The notes beneath the pieces are model-generated. The model worked only from the letters and a program-made list of their open reading frames with translations, searched no databases and had not been told where the DNA came from. Both the position numbers and the translations under genes were made by a program. A stretch of 64,000 nucleotides of DNA from Octopus bimaculoides. Lineage: Eukaryota. The stretch is taken from positions 74,002,677 through 74,066,676 of the forward strand of contig NC_068986.1 in the NCBI RefSeq assembly GCF_001194135.2, given 5' to 3'. Shown piece by piece: positions 11,965-26,349 of the stretch. The number at the start of each line of letters is the position of its first letter. Position 1 is the stretch's first letter.

Positions 11965-12373
11965 CTGTAGAAAATTGTAAAATACGAGAAGATAAATTTT
12001 GAGAATGAACAAGTCTCCATACACTTTATAATCATTGCTAATATATACTCCAGACAGTATTGCCATCCAGCAAAGTGAACATGGAATTACCTATCAGAGG
12101 AATTCAGAGTGGCTGATGACTAATAGCAGCTATGGATGTTAAATACTGATCGATGCAGTTAGCCATAAACTGGAACTAAACTGTGAGCCACCACAGTATC
12201 CACCTGGATAATATATCCCTCTCAACTCAAATTCATACACACATGCGCACGTGCGCGCACACACACACACACGTATCTGCATAATACCCAGTGCTTTGAG
12301 GGAATCATTACCAATGTGCTAAACTGCAGCATACCAGTGAACAAGCGAAACACATACACTAAGTATGTGTGGT

Positions 12374-12434
<61 letters not shown>

Positions 12435-13280
12435 CCTACAATTTTGTGTAGTGACTTCATATGTCATGTACCACCAGTTAAACCATTATTTGAATTTTAT
12501 CCTTATTTACATTGTCTCTGTAAACATTCATCTCAGACACAATGTATTTCTTGGTGCACCAGACATATCAGTGTTTCCAACTTAAAGTACATGTGACATC
12601 TACTTTTATGTGCAACCTGAAATTATTTCTCATTATCTACTATGTGACATAACTGAATTTTTATTGTTTCTTCCTTGTTTCATTGACTGCAAAAACATTC
12701 TAATAATTTCCATCTTCTATGTCAGCCAATACATACATAAACATTACCGAAGTTATAGTGTCCTATAAAACTCCTCTCATTCCAGACACATCAGGTGTCT
12801 GCTGCTTGGTGTTAGCTGCTATTAGACTGAAAGACACAAATCTATGTTAGAGTGTTATAGATGTTAGTGGTTACTGGGTAACACAACAGTGGTAGTAGCT
12901 CTTTTTTTTTTTTTTTTGTATCTTGCTGTTTGTGTTAGGGCTAGTTTTGGGAATGTTTTAGATGAGGTCTTCATATTAAAAGCAATTATATGATCCCCTA
13001 CTGTCTTTGAATATTTTAGTTATTTTAGTTATTTATTCAGAACTGAAAGACCTCTACGAAAAAATAAATGAGTGCGTAAAATAAAATAAAATAGTATATA
13101 AAATAAATAAATACACAAAATATAATAAGTATATCAAATATAAGTATATAAAATACAATAAATAACCATAACAAAATATATAAATAACTATATAAAGTAA
13201 AAGTAATTTATGAAAATAAGAAAAGAAACATTACTAAACTGAATTGTGAAATCAGGTAATCTGCTGCCTTAGGCAAAAAA

Positions 13281-14620
13281 ATATCATATAGCGACATCAG
13301 ATATCATATATTGGTATTAAATATCATATAACAACAGTATATAACATATATTGGTATTAAATATCATATAGCGACATCAGATATCATATCTTAGTATTAA
13401 ATATCATATAGCAACAGCTGATACTATATCTTGGTATTAAATATAATATAGTATCATTAGCTATCATATATTGACATTAAATATAATATGGTGATAGCAA
13501 ATATCATATATGATGCAACAACCTCAGATATTGTAGTAATATAAATAATATATATATATGCATATATACATACGTATATGTACAGACTTACATCTATACA
13601 TATATATATATATGCATATGTGGGCACAGGACGTCACGAAACATGTACAACAAAAACATATGAAGCACGAGTGCATGGAGCATGAATAAATCTTTTGAAC
13701 AATGAAAGACACAAATGGAATACAACATAAAGAACGACCTTTCATCAGTTGTTGGCTGTTTTTCTAGTCTTGTATTTCAAGCATTTAACAACAATATATG
13801 CTTTCAATAAAACAGTTGCTCCCACAAAGCAAATTAAATAAAATTTGGGATTTAGTGGAGGGTCAAAATTGGTAACACAAACAGGATAGTGAAAACAAAC
13901 AGGGAGGGCTGCTAAGCCTAAATGAGGTAGTGGTGGCGAATGCGTAAATCAAGCTTGGACAGGAGACAAACAAGAACACATCTCTGTATTCCAGCTACAA
14001 CAGAGAGAAAGAAAGAAAGAAACACAAGTTAGGAGAAGAAAGAAAGATGGCTGATGGTCATGTGGGAGCCACATGAGCAAGGGAGGAGGAGTGAGGGAGA
14101 GAGAGAGTGACAAGGTAATAGGATAGAATAGTGGGAGAAGATATCACATATTGGCATTAAATATCATATTGTGACATTACATATTGTATATTTCATTTGA
14201 GATGAGATATGTAGCGATGTTAAATATCATGCTGTGACATGAGGTAATCATATCATGATGCTAATTATTATATAATAGCATCAAATATCATAGTAATATC
14301 AGATATATATTGGTATTAGCTGACACATAGTAACTTCTTTTATCATGTACTGATATCAAAAATATCATATATTGTTGTAACAGATAACATAGACTGGTAC
14401 CAGGCTCATATAGAGTTATCAAATATCATATAGTGGTATCAGGTATATAATAGCATCAGAAGGCTATTGTGGCATCAGATATCATGTATATAAATATGAT
14501 ATCATATAGCAGCATTGTATATTGTGTAGGTATGTCAGATATCTCTTAGTCATGTCAGATATTATGTGGTGACATGAATGAATATATTGTTACATCAAAT
14601 ATTGTATAGCGAAGCCAGAC
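13281..14620. repeat. 20-bp/40-bp higher-order minisatellite, interrupted at about 13520-14140
   Basis: atatcatata alternates with gcgacatcag and ttggtattaa at 13281-13510, and resumes in degenerate form at 14141. Confidence 0.85.
13620..14135 (-). mobile_element. PLE-type 3' UTR / non-autonomous PLE derivative with a degenerate hammerhead-like motif
   Basis: Pyrimidine-rich on the minus strand. It shares the ctgatgaa(a/g)ggtcgtt(c/a)tttatg terminus with 38435-38460 and has an AAGCAT/ATGCTT stem followed by GAAA at 13756-13817. Confidence 0.5.
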
Positions 14621-14789
14621 AAAATATATTAGCACCACATGTTAATGATATGTTGTTGGTGTTCAGTGTTGACTTCTCTGTGTCGGTGAATGGGGAATAT
14701 TATAGAAATTCCTATAAATCCCAGAAAGAATCTATTTCTTCATGATATACTTAATGTAAGTATCAAATTGCTGATCATAAGCATTGAAT

Positions 14790-14990
14790 TACTGATCATG
14801 AAACACTGTCTTCAATGGCCAGGATATGTAGCAAGAATGGAAAAGTCAAGGTTCTCACACCAAGTCATATTCATTGAGCTCACTTCAGAAAAAAGACCAT
14901 GTGGTTGCCCTCTTTGAAGATACAAGGACCAGTTTAAAACTCTGAAGACCACTGGACATTATTGAAATTTCAAAGCTGCAAGATGATACA
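14790..14990 (+). mobile_element. RTE LINE fragment
   Basis: LIMKHCLQWPGYVARMEKSRFSHQVIFIELTSEKRPCGCPL*RYKDQ resembles the RTE motif LRWxGHVxRM..RLPKxxxxGEL..GKR..GRPxxRYKD. Confidence 0.75.
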
Positions 14991-15234
14991 GGTTTAATCC
15001 AAAACAATGTGAATAAATATTACATTGGACAAAATAACCTGAACGCTAAAGGGTTAAAATTTTAAATGCTGAAGAGTTAATAACTCAATATCATGACACC
15101 ATAAGAACTGAGGCCTGATTAGCTTGGCTACTATGAATACCACACTAACATCAATACTCCTTACCAAGCTGAAAAGAAAGCAGTAAATTGGCAGAGTCAT
15201 TAGAACATCAGATGAAAAGGTTTTTAATCCTTTA

Positions 15235-15440
15235 ATTTTTTCTTGTTTCAGTCATTAGACTGCAGCCATGCTGGGGCACCACCTTGAAGAGTTTTTAGTT
15301 GAATAATTAATCCGAGTACATTTTTTTTAGCCTGGTACTTACTCCATCAATCACTTTTTACTGAACTGTTAAGTTACAGGGACATAAACACACCAACACT
15401 AGTTGTTAAGCAGTAGTGGGGGACAAACACAGACACAAAG

Positions 15441-15482
<42 letters not shown>

Positions 15483-15635
15483 TTTTAATTTCTGTCTACC
15501 AAATCCACTCACAAGGCTTTGGTCAGCTTGAGGCTATAGCAGAAGACACTTGCACATGGTGTCATATAGTGGGACTGAACCCAGAACCATGTGGTCGGGA
15601 AGCAAGCAAACTTCTTACCACACACAGCCACACCT
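15235..15635 (-). mobile_element. Composite SINE AB
   Basis: Same B-(microsatellite)-A layout as 8145-8535. Confidence 0.85.
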
Positions 15636-16258
15636 GTAGTAGTTATTTCCACTTCTTGTATCCTGGTGAAGTCAACATGTCTTACATCTTTTTGGGAGTT
15701 AATAAATAAAGCTCCAGTTTAAGTGACAGCTTGAGTACTTTTGTTGTTATTCTGACTCTTTGTTTTCTAAGCACAAATCCCCACATGGCCTAGTTGGGTG
15801 GGAAACCTAATTACCACTCGGTTTAACATCATCTCCTGATCCTTAGGTACCTTTAATAGAGGAGAGGAATCCAGTCTGTTGCATGCATTTAGACCTGTTC
15901 TGTCTCTAGTTTGAAGATCTCTCTCTGTACTTCTCTGTCTCAATCTGTCTGTCTGTCTCTCTCTCTTTCCCTTTCTCCCTCCCCCTCTCTCTCTTGCTTT
16001 GTAAAGGGTTATGTGCACTGCCTTTCATCCAAACCAATAAAAAAGAATATTCTTCAATTTTACCTTAAAGAGAATAAGATAGTATTTTTCTTTATCCTGT
16101 GTCATTGAAAATCTTAGCTGGAAATCATTTAAAGCCATATTTTTTTATTATTACACCTGTGTCTACACAAGCATGTACGGTGTCTGTGACGTGATGTATA
16201 AATATACATATATACATATGTGTGTATATATGTATGGATGTATATATGTATGTGTGTC

Positions 16259-16292
<34 letters not shown>

Positions 16293-16302
16293 NNNNNNNN
16301 NN

Positions 16303-16349
<47 letters not shown>

Positions 16350-17747
16350 TGGAAGGTCGATGTTTGTTTTGCTCTTGCTCTTAAGTATAGTTGTGAAAGT
16401 TTCGCCATCTGTTGGTGCACAATTTTTGTTAGCAATGTGAAGACTTTAATGTAGTTTTAATTGATTTATTGTTAGAATAAATAGTGTCTACAGCTTGAGG
16501 TACAAACTTTCTATTTAGGTGTCTATAAACGTATGTTTGATGTTTCTCATGATATTTAAGTACTCAAGGCTGAAAGCACATTTTACAAACATGTAAATTG
16601 AATCATATTGCCTAGATAGAAATTCGAAGTAAACATGTGCAATTATAAGGATACGAAAAAAAAAAAATTGCATGCACACACACATGCAAAATACATACAT
16701 AAATATAACATAAACCAATGGATCTCCTTTTACCAGTACCAAGCTGATGTATAACAACTAATGGCACGGGATGTTTCTGACCCTCTCATCTCTGTGATAC
16801 TCACTCTCTTCACTGCACCATACTGCCCATATAATAGCATTAGATCTGTCCATATTCAGTACCCCCCACCTCCATCACCATCCTCACGAATCTATTTCTC
16901 ACTCTCATCAAGATGCTTCTGTATGAGAAAACATCAAATCTATTTGTTATTGAACACCTGTGCAAATACTTTCTCTCATTTATTTGAAGTAAACTTTTTT
17001 CCTCTATGTTTCCAATTCAATCTTAGTTGAACACAACTGTGATGGAAGCTATCCTAGTCATGACAAACATATCACTTGCTTATCCAGAAGTATATCATCT
17101 TTCAGTGTAGCTTTTTTCAAGAAGGTTGAGTGTGATTCACGAGAATTATGGCTGCTATATTGAGCAAGTTGAGTGACCACCATATGCTAATGCCCTCCCA
17201 CTCAAAACAAAATTGTCATTAACAAGTTCTTCTCTTCTTCCCTTTCTGTCCATACCTCTCTCATCTCCTCTCGTCTGCATTCTTCTCTTTTTCCTATCTC
17301 TTTATTCTCTGTCTCTCTCTTTCTTCCTCATTCACTCTCCCTTTATTCTCTCTCTCCCTCTGCCTTTTGTCTTACACACTTTAATTCAGATCTTCACAGT
17401 GAGTAGCTTAACTAAAAATCTTTAGAGATTACATAAATTTTGACTTATTTAGGAAGTTTTCTAGATTAGGAAGTATTTTGCACTTACATATATACATATG
17501 GCTGTACCAATCATTAGTATTATACATACAAAAGTACACGCATTACATATATATGCACGTCCACACTGCATGCATATTTGTATGTATGGGGAACATGACT
17601 ATTCAGATTTAATCTTTTTTAGGGGCTTTTACATATCTTCATATTAAACCTTGTAGTTTAGCAAAAATAATGACCCCAAGTTCATTTTTATCAATATTTC
17701 CAAGCTACCTTCAGGAGATGAAGTGGCAATGGTTTTTCTGTTGCATA

Positions 17748-18670
17748 TATGAGGTGGTTTCAAAAGGTTCCTGGGCTAGTTATGTTTAATAAAAAAGAAC
17801 TTATTTGCCTAAGTTTTAACTTCATGTCCTTTGAAATAGTCACCTTGCACAGCAATACAGCAGTCCCAGCATTCCTACCACGTTTGGACCCCAACCTGGA
17901 AGTCATTTTCCATAAGCGAGTCGAGGACCTTCTGCAATTCGTTCTGGATCTGAGCAATAGCATTAAAATGGTGACCTTTAAGCTGCATTTTCATCTTGGG
18001 GAAGAGATGGATGTCCACAGGTGCTACATCTGGTGAATAGAGCAGGTATAGAAGTGACACCATGTTGTTTTTGGTGACAAACTCACGAGTGAGGAGAGCT
18101 CGAAGACAGGGTGCATTGTTGTTGTGAAGAATCCAATTCTTCACATCCCACAGATCCGGTTGCTTTCACTGAATGTCCTCCCTCAAATGCTTCCAAATAT
18201 TGCAGCAGAAGTCTCGATTGATGGTCTGGCCCTGGGGGATGATTTCTCATTGCACAATACCACATTTCCAGCGGTGATGCCTGTGGCAGGTCTTCCAGAT
18301 CACACGTCATTTTTCAGTGATGTTCATCTGATTTTGAAGCACCCATGCCACTCAAAACATTGTGTATGACCCATTACCTCATTGCAGTAAGCTTGCCAAA
18401 GCATACTCAATGTCTCTGTAGTAGACCTCCCAAGTTTAACACAAAATTTCACGTTGGCTCATTGTCCCTGTCCATGACAAAATTTGCAGACTACAGTATA
18501 CACATGATCACAAAAACACAAATTTCACAACTTACAAAGTAAACACAGCAATGCCACTCAGCACACTGCTTCATGAAGGCCACTGCTAGCTCTCACTGTG
18601 CACACAGCTGTGTGCTGCCATCTGTGTGCTACAGAACTAAACCAGAAATTTTCTGATACCAGCTTGTATA
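17748..18670 (-). mobile_element. Mariner (DD34D-type) element, internally deleted, defective transposase
   Basis: Minus strand encodes ANVKFCVKLGRSTTETLSML..TQCFEWH (N-terminal HTH) and KNWILHNNNAPC..YSPDVAPVDIHLFPKMK (C-terminal catalytic region). Degenerate TIRs gaggtggtttcaaaaggttcctgg / ccagaaattttctgataccagcttg are flanked by TA. Confidence 0.9.
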
Positions 18671-19019
18671 TGCAAAGTGAGAGAGGCATATATACATGCA
18701 CGCACACACAGACACCGACAGACAGACAGACACACACACACAGACACCGACAGACAGACACACACACCGACAGACAGACAGACAGACACACACACACACA
18801 CACACATTCACTGAAACACACGCTTATTAACTATTAAACATGCATATAAAATCCTCCATACATAGTGCTAATAAACACAGAAGTTATGCTTTTATCAGCT
18901 GTCAACAAGAGATTACAGCAATTAAGACACTTATTCATAAGACCACTCTTCCCAACATTGTCAAATACTGATGTGGCTCTACATCTTGTCACTAATATCA
19001 ATAGTTTAGTAGAATTAAT

Positions 19020-19245
19020 CCTAACTGCACCTAGCAACAACATGCACTATTTCAATGTTAATGTTCTTAAGTGAACATAACAGCATTATGCAGTACCTCT
19101 ATCAATGTTCTTAACTGTATGTAGCAACATCATGCATTACCTTTGCTAATGTACTTAACTACACACAGCAACATCATGTGTTATCTTAGTGCTAATGTTA
19201 TTAACTGCATGCTGCAACATCATGCACTACCTCAGTGTTAATGGG
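19020..19245. repeat. Degenerate minisatellite of about 45 bp
   Basis: Recurrent taactgca..gcaacatcatgca(c/t)tacct..tgctaatgt. Confidence 0.7.
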
Positions 19246-19439
19246 GTTTTTTTAGCTGTCTTTTTTTTTTTTCTGCATTTTCTTAAGACAAGTTTATGAT
19301 GTCTTCTACTTCACCATTGTTTCTCTATGCTATTCTGATACTCTTCTGCTTCGGTCTGAATCTGATTTTTAGATGAAATAATGGGAATATACCAGCAAAT
19401 GTATAGAAGTCCAAATCAACTAATTTTTACTCTCATTTC

Positions 19440-19720
19440 TTTTGCTTGGATAACTTTCTTTGATAAGACATACACCACACTGATGTCCTGCACCTTAGTG
19501 TGATATCTTGGTATTATTTCATTCTGACTATTTCTCATAGAGGCCCACATATTCTGTCTTCATCCAAAACAGTACCACAACATGGTGGTTTCATTTACAG
19601 AGCCAGAATTTGCTTCCATCTTGAATTACTTTCTAACTCTTTACAAGCGAGCAATATACCTTATACTTCTCATACTTCTGGCTCAAAGCAACGTTCAAAG
19701 ATTGACTCTAATGAAAAGTT
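19440..19720 (-). mobile_element. Highly decayed RTE LINE fragment
   Basis: KYKVYCSLVKS*KVIQDGSKFW loosely resembles RTE KGRLYxxCVRxxxLHGSETW. Confidence 0.35.
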
Positions 19721-21385
19721 AACTACTTATTCTACAAGCTTTCACATCTACGAGAAATTATCTAAAGTCTTATCACCAAGATACATCCTGTCAATCTGTT
19801 ACAACATCTTGTTCTCCTCAATGTAATTTTGAAGAGAAGACAAAAACTATGAAAGTATCAGAAATACAGAACCTTCATATATATCTTTGGATACAGAAAA
19901 GGTCCTAACATAGGATTGAAACCACTTCAGCTGATCTATCCTTTCCTGTCCATGAACATTTTGTATAAAAGGATATTGTGTTTACATCTGTGTCTACATA
20001 GAGTGTGGGCTTGAACCTATAGATATATTCTGTAGTACAGCACAGAATTGAAGCAAAACTATTAATGTAGTGGTGTCTATATTAAAAAATTAATTAATGC
20101 AAGAAGGAAAGAGCAAAATGCATATGAAAATAATTACAAAAACTTGGCTTAGCATTTGGAAGAAATAAATTCTTTGCCCTCATTAATGAAGTAATTATGC
20201 CTTTGCTAACAATGTTCAGACGATATTAAAAGTTTATTAGTAATTTCGGTTTCCTGTCTGTCTTTAAGGAAAACTGCCTTAAAGAGCAATGTTATATGCA
20301 TTATTTAACTCATTAACTGGTGAAGATTCTTATGATATTCGTTTTCAGTGTGCCTGTGCATAAAGGAGTTTATATGAGAAATTTACAGCACATCTCAAGT
20401 CATTCAGTTTCTTAAATTACATCATAAATTCAGTAACATCATATAATGTATATAGCTTACATTTAAATCAATCTTCATTCAATGATATAAATATCATTCA
20501 ATGAACGTGGATTTAAATGTGAGCTATTATATGTTTCATGCTTCAATATTTTAATTTCTAAACAGAAACAAACAGCGGCAGGGAGTGGGGTTGCAAAAAA
20601 TTCATAATTTCTCAAATTTTCTTTTTTATAGCATATAAATGTATTTATGAGGAAAAAATATTGATAAACACTAATACATGCGAGATTGATAATGAAACGA
20701 GGAGGGTTGTCTTTGGATGTGCTTGAAACAACAGCCAAATCGCCCTTAAATTACTTTTCCCTCTGAAAATATTAACAATTTTAAAAAGTTTTTATACTAA
20801 AAATGCTCTTCCCATGGTTTTGAAGTGCAAAAAAAATATTGGCCGAAATAGGTCCAAAGTGGGATGATGAGGAAGNNNNNNNNNNNNNNNNNNNNNNNNN
20901 NNNNNNNNNNNNNNNNNNNNNNNNNNNNNNNNNNNNNNNNNNNNNNNNNNNNNNNNNNNNNNNNNNNNNNNNNNNNNNNNNNNNNNNNNNNNNNNNNNNN
21001 NNNNNNNNNNNNNNNNNNNNNNNNNNNNNNNNNNNNNNNNNNNNNNNNNNNNNNNNNNNNNNNNNNNNNNNNNNNNNNNNNNNNNNNNNNNNNNNNNNNN
21101 NNNNNNNNNNNNNNNNNNNNNNNNNNNNNNNNNNNNNNNNNNNNNNNNNNNNNNNNNNNNNNNNNNNNNNNNNNNNNNNNNNNNNNNNNNNNNNNNNNNN
21201 NNNNNNNNNNNNNNNNNNNNNNNNNNNNNNNNNNNNNNNNNNNNNNNNNNNNNNNNNNNNNNNNNNNNNNNNNNNNNNNNNNNNNNNNNNNNNNNNNNNN
21301 NNNNNNNNNNNNNNNNNNNNNNNNNNNNNNNNNNNNNNNNNNNNNNNNNNNNNNNNNNNNNNNNNNNNNNNNNNNNNNNNNNNNN

Positions 21386-21439
<54 letters not shown>

Positions 21440-21614
21440 ACAGGCTTCTTTTCAGTTTCCATCTACTAAATCCACTCATAAAGCTTCGGTGGGTGTAGGG
21501 CTGTGGTAGAAGACATTTGACTAAGGTGCCATGTAGTAGAATTGAACCTAATATTAGATGGTTAAGAAGCATATATGTCTATGTGCGCATGTGTGTAACG
21601 TGAGTCATTTCACT

Positions 21615-22468
21615 TTTCTGGAGACCTTGTGACAAATTTTCGCTTATTTGAAAGCAAAACAACCCATGTTACATGACGAAAACAGTGAAGTTTGGAGGTA
21701 AAAGTTTGATGCTTTGGAGATACATAAAAATTGATGGTTCAATGAAGTTGGTTAAAACTGATGCTAACTTGAATAGTGCCAAATTCATCCAGTTGCTGAA
21801 GGATAATTTGTCACCAGCCTTGGATGAAGGTGAAATTTTTCAGCATGGTGGAGCTCCATGCCACAGATCGCATGTAACACAACAGGGCCTGGCTGATGAA
21901 GGTGCTACCATGTTGAAAGATTGGCCAGCTCAGAGCCCTGACTTAAATATCATTGAGCAAATGTGAACAGAACTAAAGAGAAGAGTTCATCGGAAGAATC
22001 CACGCATTCTTGAAGAGTTGTGGGAGCTCCGCCACAGAGAATAGCATCTCATACCTGTGAAGATGGTGAAGGATTTGTACACATTTCTTCCCAGGCACAT
22101 TGAAACAATTAGTCAAGTTAAGGGAAGCCACACGAAATATCAACAATGCACAGTAACTTCTTGAAATGAACATTATGTAATAGATCTTCATTCTAGACAT
22201 TTTTCTGATTTAAAAGACTGTATCTTGATTGGTTTATGTGAGGTAGCTGAAAGCTTTGCCCAGCCATTTTTGGTGGTCATCTCACATCTTTCCCTCCCGT
22301 GCAGAACCTCTACTACAAAATATAATGATTAGGTATGGAAATGATTCTATCAGTGCCAATGTTTCATTTGTAAAAAAAACACAATGTGCAACATCCACTA
22401 ATTAGTTGGCAATTAGTAGAAATTTACAATAGTTTAAAGTGGCCAAAGACTTTTGCACGGTTCTGTAA
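21615..22468 (+). mobile_element. Tc1-like (DD34E) transposon, 3' half, defective
   Basis: TVKFGGKSLMLW..IFQHGGAPCH..LKDWPAQSPDLNIIEQM*TELKRRV; right TIR ccaaagacttttgcacggttctg followed by ta. Confidence 0.9.
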
Positions 22469-24214
22469 ATGTATATGTATGTATGTATGTATGTATAAAT
22501 GTGTGTGTGTGTGTATACATACACACCAATCTATTGTAGTTTGCACATTCACACATGCACACACTCATACATACACTGATTTCCAGTCACTTTCCGTCTT
22601 CCAAATTCCAAAACTTGTTTACATTCATAAATGGTTAGATTCCCTCTTTTTAAGATTCTGATATAAGTCTACCTTTTGCATTGAATAATAATTACTCCAG
22701 TGTTAATTACATCAGTACTAATTACAAGGAATATTAATTGTTTTTGTAATGAATGTTATTCTCATCTCATTCATAGATTAAATATATATATTATTTTCAT
22801 ATGTTGTAGTGTGTTACTTACATACTGTGTATATATGTGTATGAATGTATATATGTATGAGTGTGTATATGTGTCACTATGTGTCTGTGTGTGTCTGTGT
22901 GTGTATAGGTGTGTGTGGGGGGAGTACATTCATGTGTATTGTATGAGTGGGCGTGAGTATAATTATATTTCCATGTTGCAAGGTATATTACTGACCATAA
23001 AGACTTGTTAAAGTTCCGCAAATGATATTCATGTTCATGTATTTTAAGAACATGGCACAAATGGCTACAAGACTGCTAGAAATAGCAGCTATATCATATT
23101 AAAATAACACCTTCCTTTTCTAGATATGAATAAACACATAGATAAAGTAGTTCTATACACACTTTGTGGGTAGGAATGTTTTTGATTGGAGCTGACCTGC
23201 AGCTAAACAAAAATATGCATTTTGCTTTCATTAGGATATTTGATAACAATGTATAACTTTTTTTTTTTTTTGGTCTTTGGTCAGTAAGTGTTATTTCCTA
23301 TTTGCTTCTGTAGCAGTAGCTAGATAGTTGAATTATCTCCTTTACAAGAAAGATTATTGAGTAACTTCCCTTTCTAAATTTCTCAAAGCATCTGTGTCAT
23401 GAGACATGATGCTTAATTATTCAAGAAGCTTAGCGTTTCTCTTGGAAGTTTCTATAATGTCTAGTGTTCCATTAACAAAAACAGTTTGTTAACCCTGCTA
23501 TGTCTGTCTATTTCTCTACGCCACATGACTGAAAACCACCACTTAGCTGTTATTTCAACTAGATTCTACATTTTGATCATCATCGACCAGTAAATAAAAT
23601 ATATTTTTATGTAGTAAATATCTAGTTCTTGAGTTTATTCTTCATCTCTATATGAACTCTTGTAATAATATACACACAGCCACATCAACACCTTGTACTG
23701 ATTATATATAACCACTACACTTCTATCTAGAAATTAAAGGAAATCACTACTATTCCCTTCAAACTTTACTTTTGTAACCTGGACAGCAATGTTTTGAAAC
23801 TGATCTATTTTCCATTACATTTCAGACTGATTCAGTGCTGAATTGCTGAAGCAGAAATATCATTATAGTCGATATTCTACTCAATATCACAGATTTGTTT
23901 GTCAGCTGCTTGACCGTGACCATTTGAGCATGTCCCTTAGTGGCTGATAAGATGTGCATCTCTGATCATGAGCAGGAATACTGTGTGAGCATCATAGCCA
24001 TGTGTTGAGAGGGATTCTTTGGGGTTTGAATAAATGTGAAATAAACAAAGTTTGAAGGAAATGTCAGCCATTTTTCATACCTTCATGGGGTAAACAAATA
24101 GGTAATAACAGTTGCTACTCAAGGATAAAAATCGTGTTATACAGTGTAATTGGAAGGAGAGTTCATGTAAATATCTTTTTAGCCATGGATGTGTGTGTGT
24201 GTGCATCTCTGTCT

Positions 24215-24425
24215 TTTATATTTTGCTTGTTTCAGTCATTGGACTGTGGCCATGCTGGAACATCATCTTGAACGGTTTTAGTCAAATACATCAACTCCAG
24301 TACTTTATTTAAGCCTGGTGCTTATTTGGTCAGTATCTTTTCCTGAACTGCTAAGTCATGGTGATGTAAACAAACCAACATCAATTGTCAAGAGATGGGT
24401 TTGGGGGACAAACACAAACAAATGC
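24215..24425 (-). mobile_element. SINE AB, B part
   Basis: gtttcagtcattggactgtggccatgctggaac..aacaaaccaacatcaattgtcaag. Confidence 0.8.
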
Positions 24426-24431
24426 TTCCAT

Positions 24432-24551
<120 letters not shown>

Positions 24552-24631
24552 TTTCAACAGGATTCTTCACATAAAAATCTGCCTGAGCAAACTCCATCTG
24601 ACCCAGGTTGCATGGAAATGAGGATGATGAT

Positions 24632-24664
<33 letters not shown>

Positions 24665-25064
24665 AGCAGTGGTTCCAGATCCAAGAAACAGCTTTGCTAA
24701 CCTTTACAGAACACAATAATACTCTACACTGTAACCATATACAGGACAAACAGCTTTCCCTTACTTAAATATCTGACATGATATCCAAGAGGTACATCTA
24801 TGTGGTCACTTGAGTGGCAAGTAATAGCAGTGAAGTTTCCCTAAAACCACATTCTGCTTTTTTTTAATAAAGGGAAAACATGTTGGATAATATGCACCTA
24901 ACATAACCTAAAATGCATGCAAATGGTCATGGCTTGAATGCTTTTGATCATAAATCTGCTCAGTCAGAAGTGAACTAGGGCTAACAACAATGATGACAAC
25001 AACAACAACAATGGGCTGTGATAGAAGCAAATATCACAACTCTTTTACTCTCTCTCTCTCTTTT

Positions 25065-25275
25065 ACTCTTTTACTTGTTTCAGTCATTTGACTGTGGCCA
25101 TGCTAGAGCACCACCTTTTAGTCGAGCAAATCGACCCCGGGACTTATTCTTTGGATGCCTAGTACTTATTCTATCGGTCTCTTTTGCCGAACTGCTAAGT
25201 TACGGGAACCTAAACACACCACCATCAGTTGTCAAGCGATGTTGGGGGGACAGACACACAAACATATACACACAC
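25065..25275 (-). mobile_element. SINE AB, B part, running into an assembly gap
   Basis: Near-consensus gtttcagtcatttgactgtggccatgctagagcaccacctttagtcgagcaaatcgacccc. Confidence 0.85.
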
Positions 25276-26276
25276 NNNNNNNNNNNNNNNNNNNNNNNNN
25301 NNNNNNNNNNNNNNNNNNNNNNNNNNNNNNNNNNNNNNNNNNNNNNNNNNNNNNNNNNNNNNNNNNNNNNNNNNNNNNNNNNNNNNNNNNNNNNNNNNNN
25401 NNNNNNNNNNNNNNNNNNNNNNNNNNNNNNNNNNNNNNNNNNNNNNNNNNNNNNNNNNNNNNNNNNNNNNNNNNNNNNNNNNNNNNNNNNNNNNNNNNNN
25501 NNNNNNNNNNNNNNNNNNNNNNNNNNNNNNNNNNNNNNNNNNNNNNNNNNNNNNNNNNNNNNNNNNNNNNNNNNNNNNNNNNNNNNNNNNNNNNNNNNNN
25601 NNNNNNNNNNNNNNNNNNNNNNNNNNNNNNNNNNNNNNNNNNNNNNNNNNNNNNNNNNNNNNNNNNNNNNNNNNNNNNNNNNNNNNNNNNNNNNNNNNNN
25701 NNNNNNNNNNNNNNNNNNNNNNNNNNNNNNNNNNNNNNNNNNNNNNNNNNNNNNNNNNNNNNNNNNNNNNNNNNNNNNNNNNNNNNNNNNNNNNNNNNNN
25801 NNNNNNNNNNNNNNNNNNNNNNNNNNNNNNNNNNNNNNNNNNNNNNNNNNNNNNNNNNNNNNNNNNNNNNNNNNNNNNNNNNNNNNNNNNNNNNNNNNNN
25901 NNNNNNNNNNNNNNNNNNNNNNNNNNNNNNNNNNNNNNNNNNNNNNNNNNNNNNNNNNNNNNNNNNNNNNNNNNNNNNNNNNNNNNNNNNNNNNNNNNNN
26001 NNNNNNNNNNNNNNNNNNNNNNNNNNNNNNNNNNNNNNNNNNNNNNNNNNNNNNNNNNNNNNNNNNNNNNNNNNNNNNNNNNNNNNNNNNNNNNNNNNNN
26101 NNNNNNNNNNNNNNNNNNNNNNNNNNNNNNNNNNNNNNNNNNNNNNNGGACACAAAACATAAAAACAAAAACAAAATGTTGTTAAGCATTTTGCTTGGTG
26201 TGCAATCAATTCTGCCACCTCACCACCCTAATTGACTCCCTAATATTGTCAGGCTTTTAAGGAACATCTTAAAAAT

Positions 26277-26349
<73 letters not shown>

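Noticed and set aside
13281-13510. CRISPR-like regular repeats, also at 1881-2005 and 55897-55981
   Set aside because: There are no unique spacers or cas genes and the context is eukaryotic; these are minisatellites.
21890-21905. CTGATGA motifs at about 12113, 21893, 27798, 38435 and 48326 as hammerheads
   Set aside because: None has a following stem II plus GAAA, and the one at 21893 is Tc1 coding sequence.
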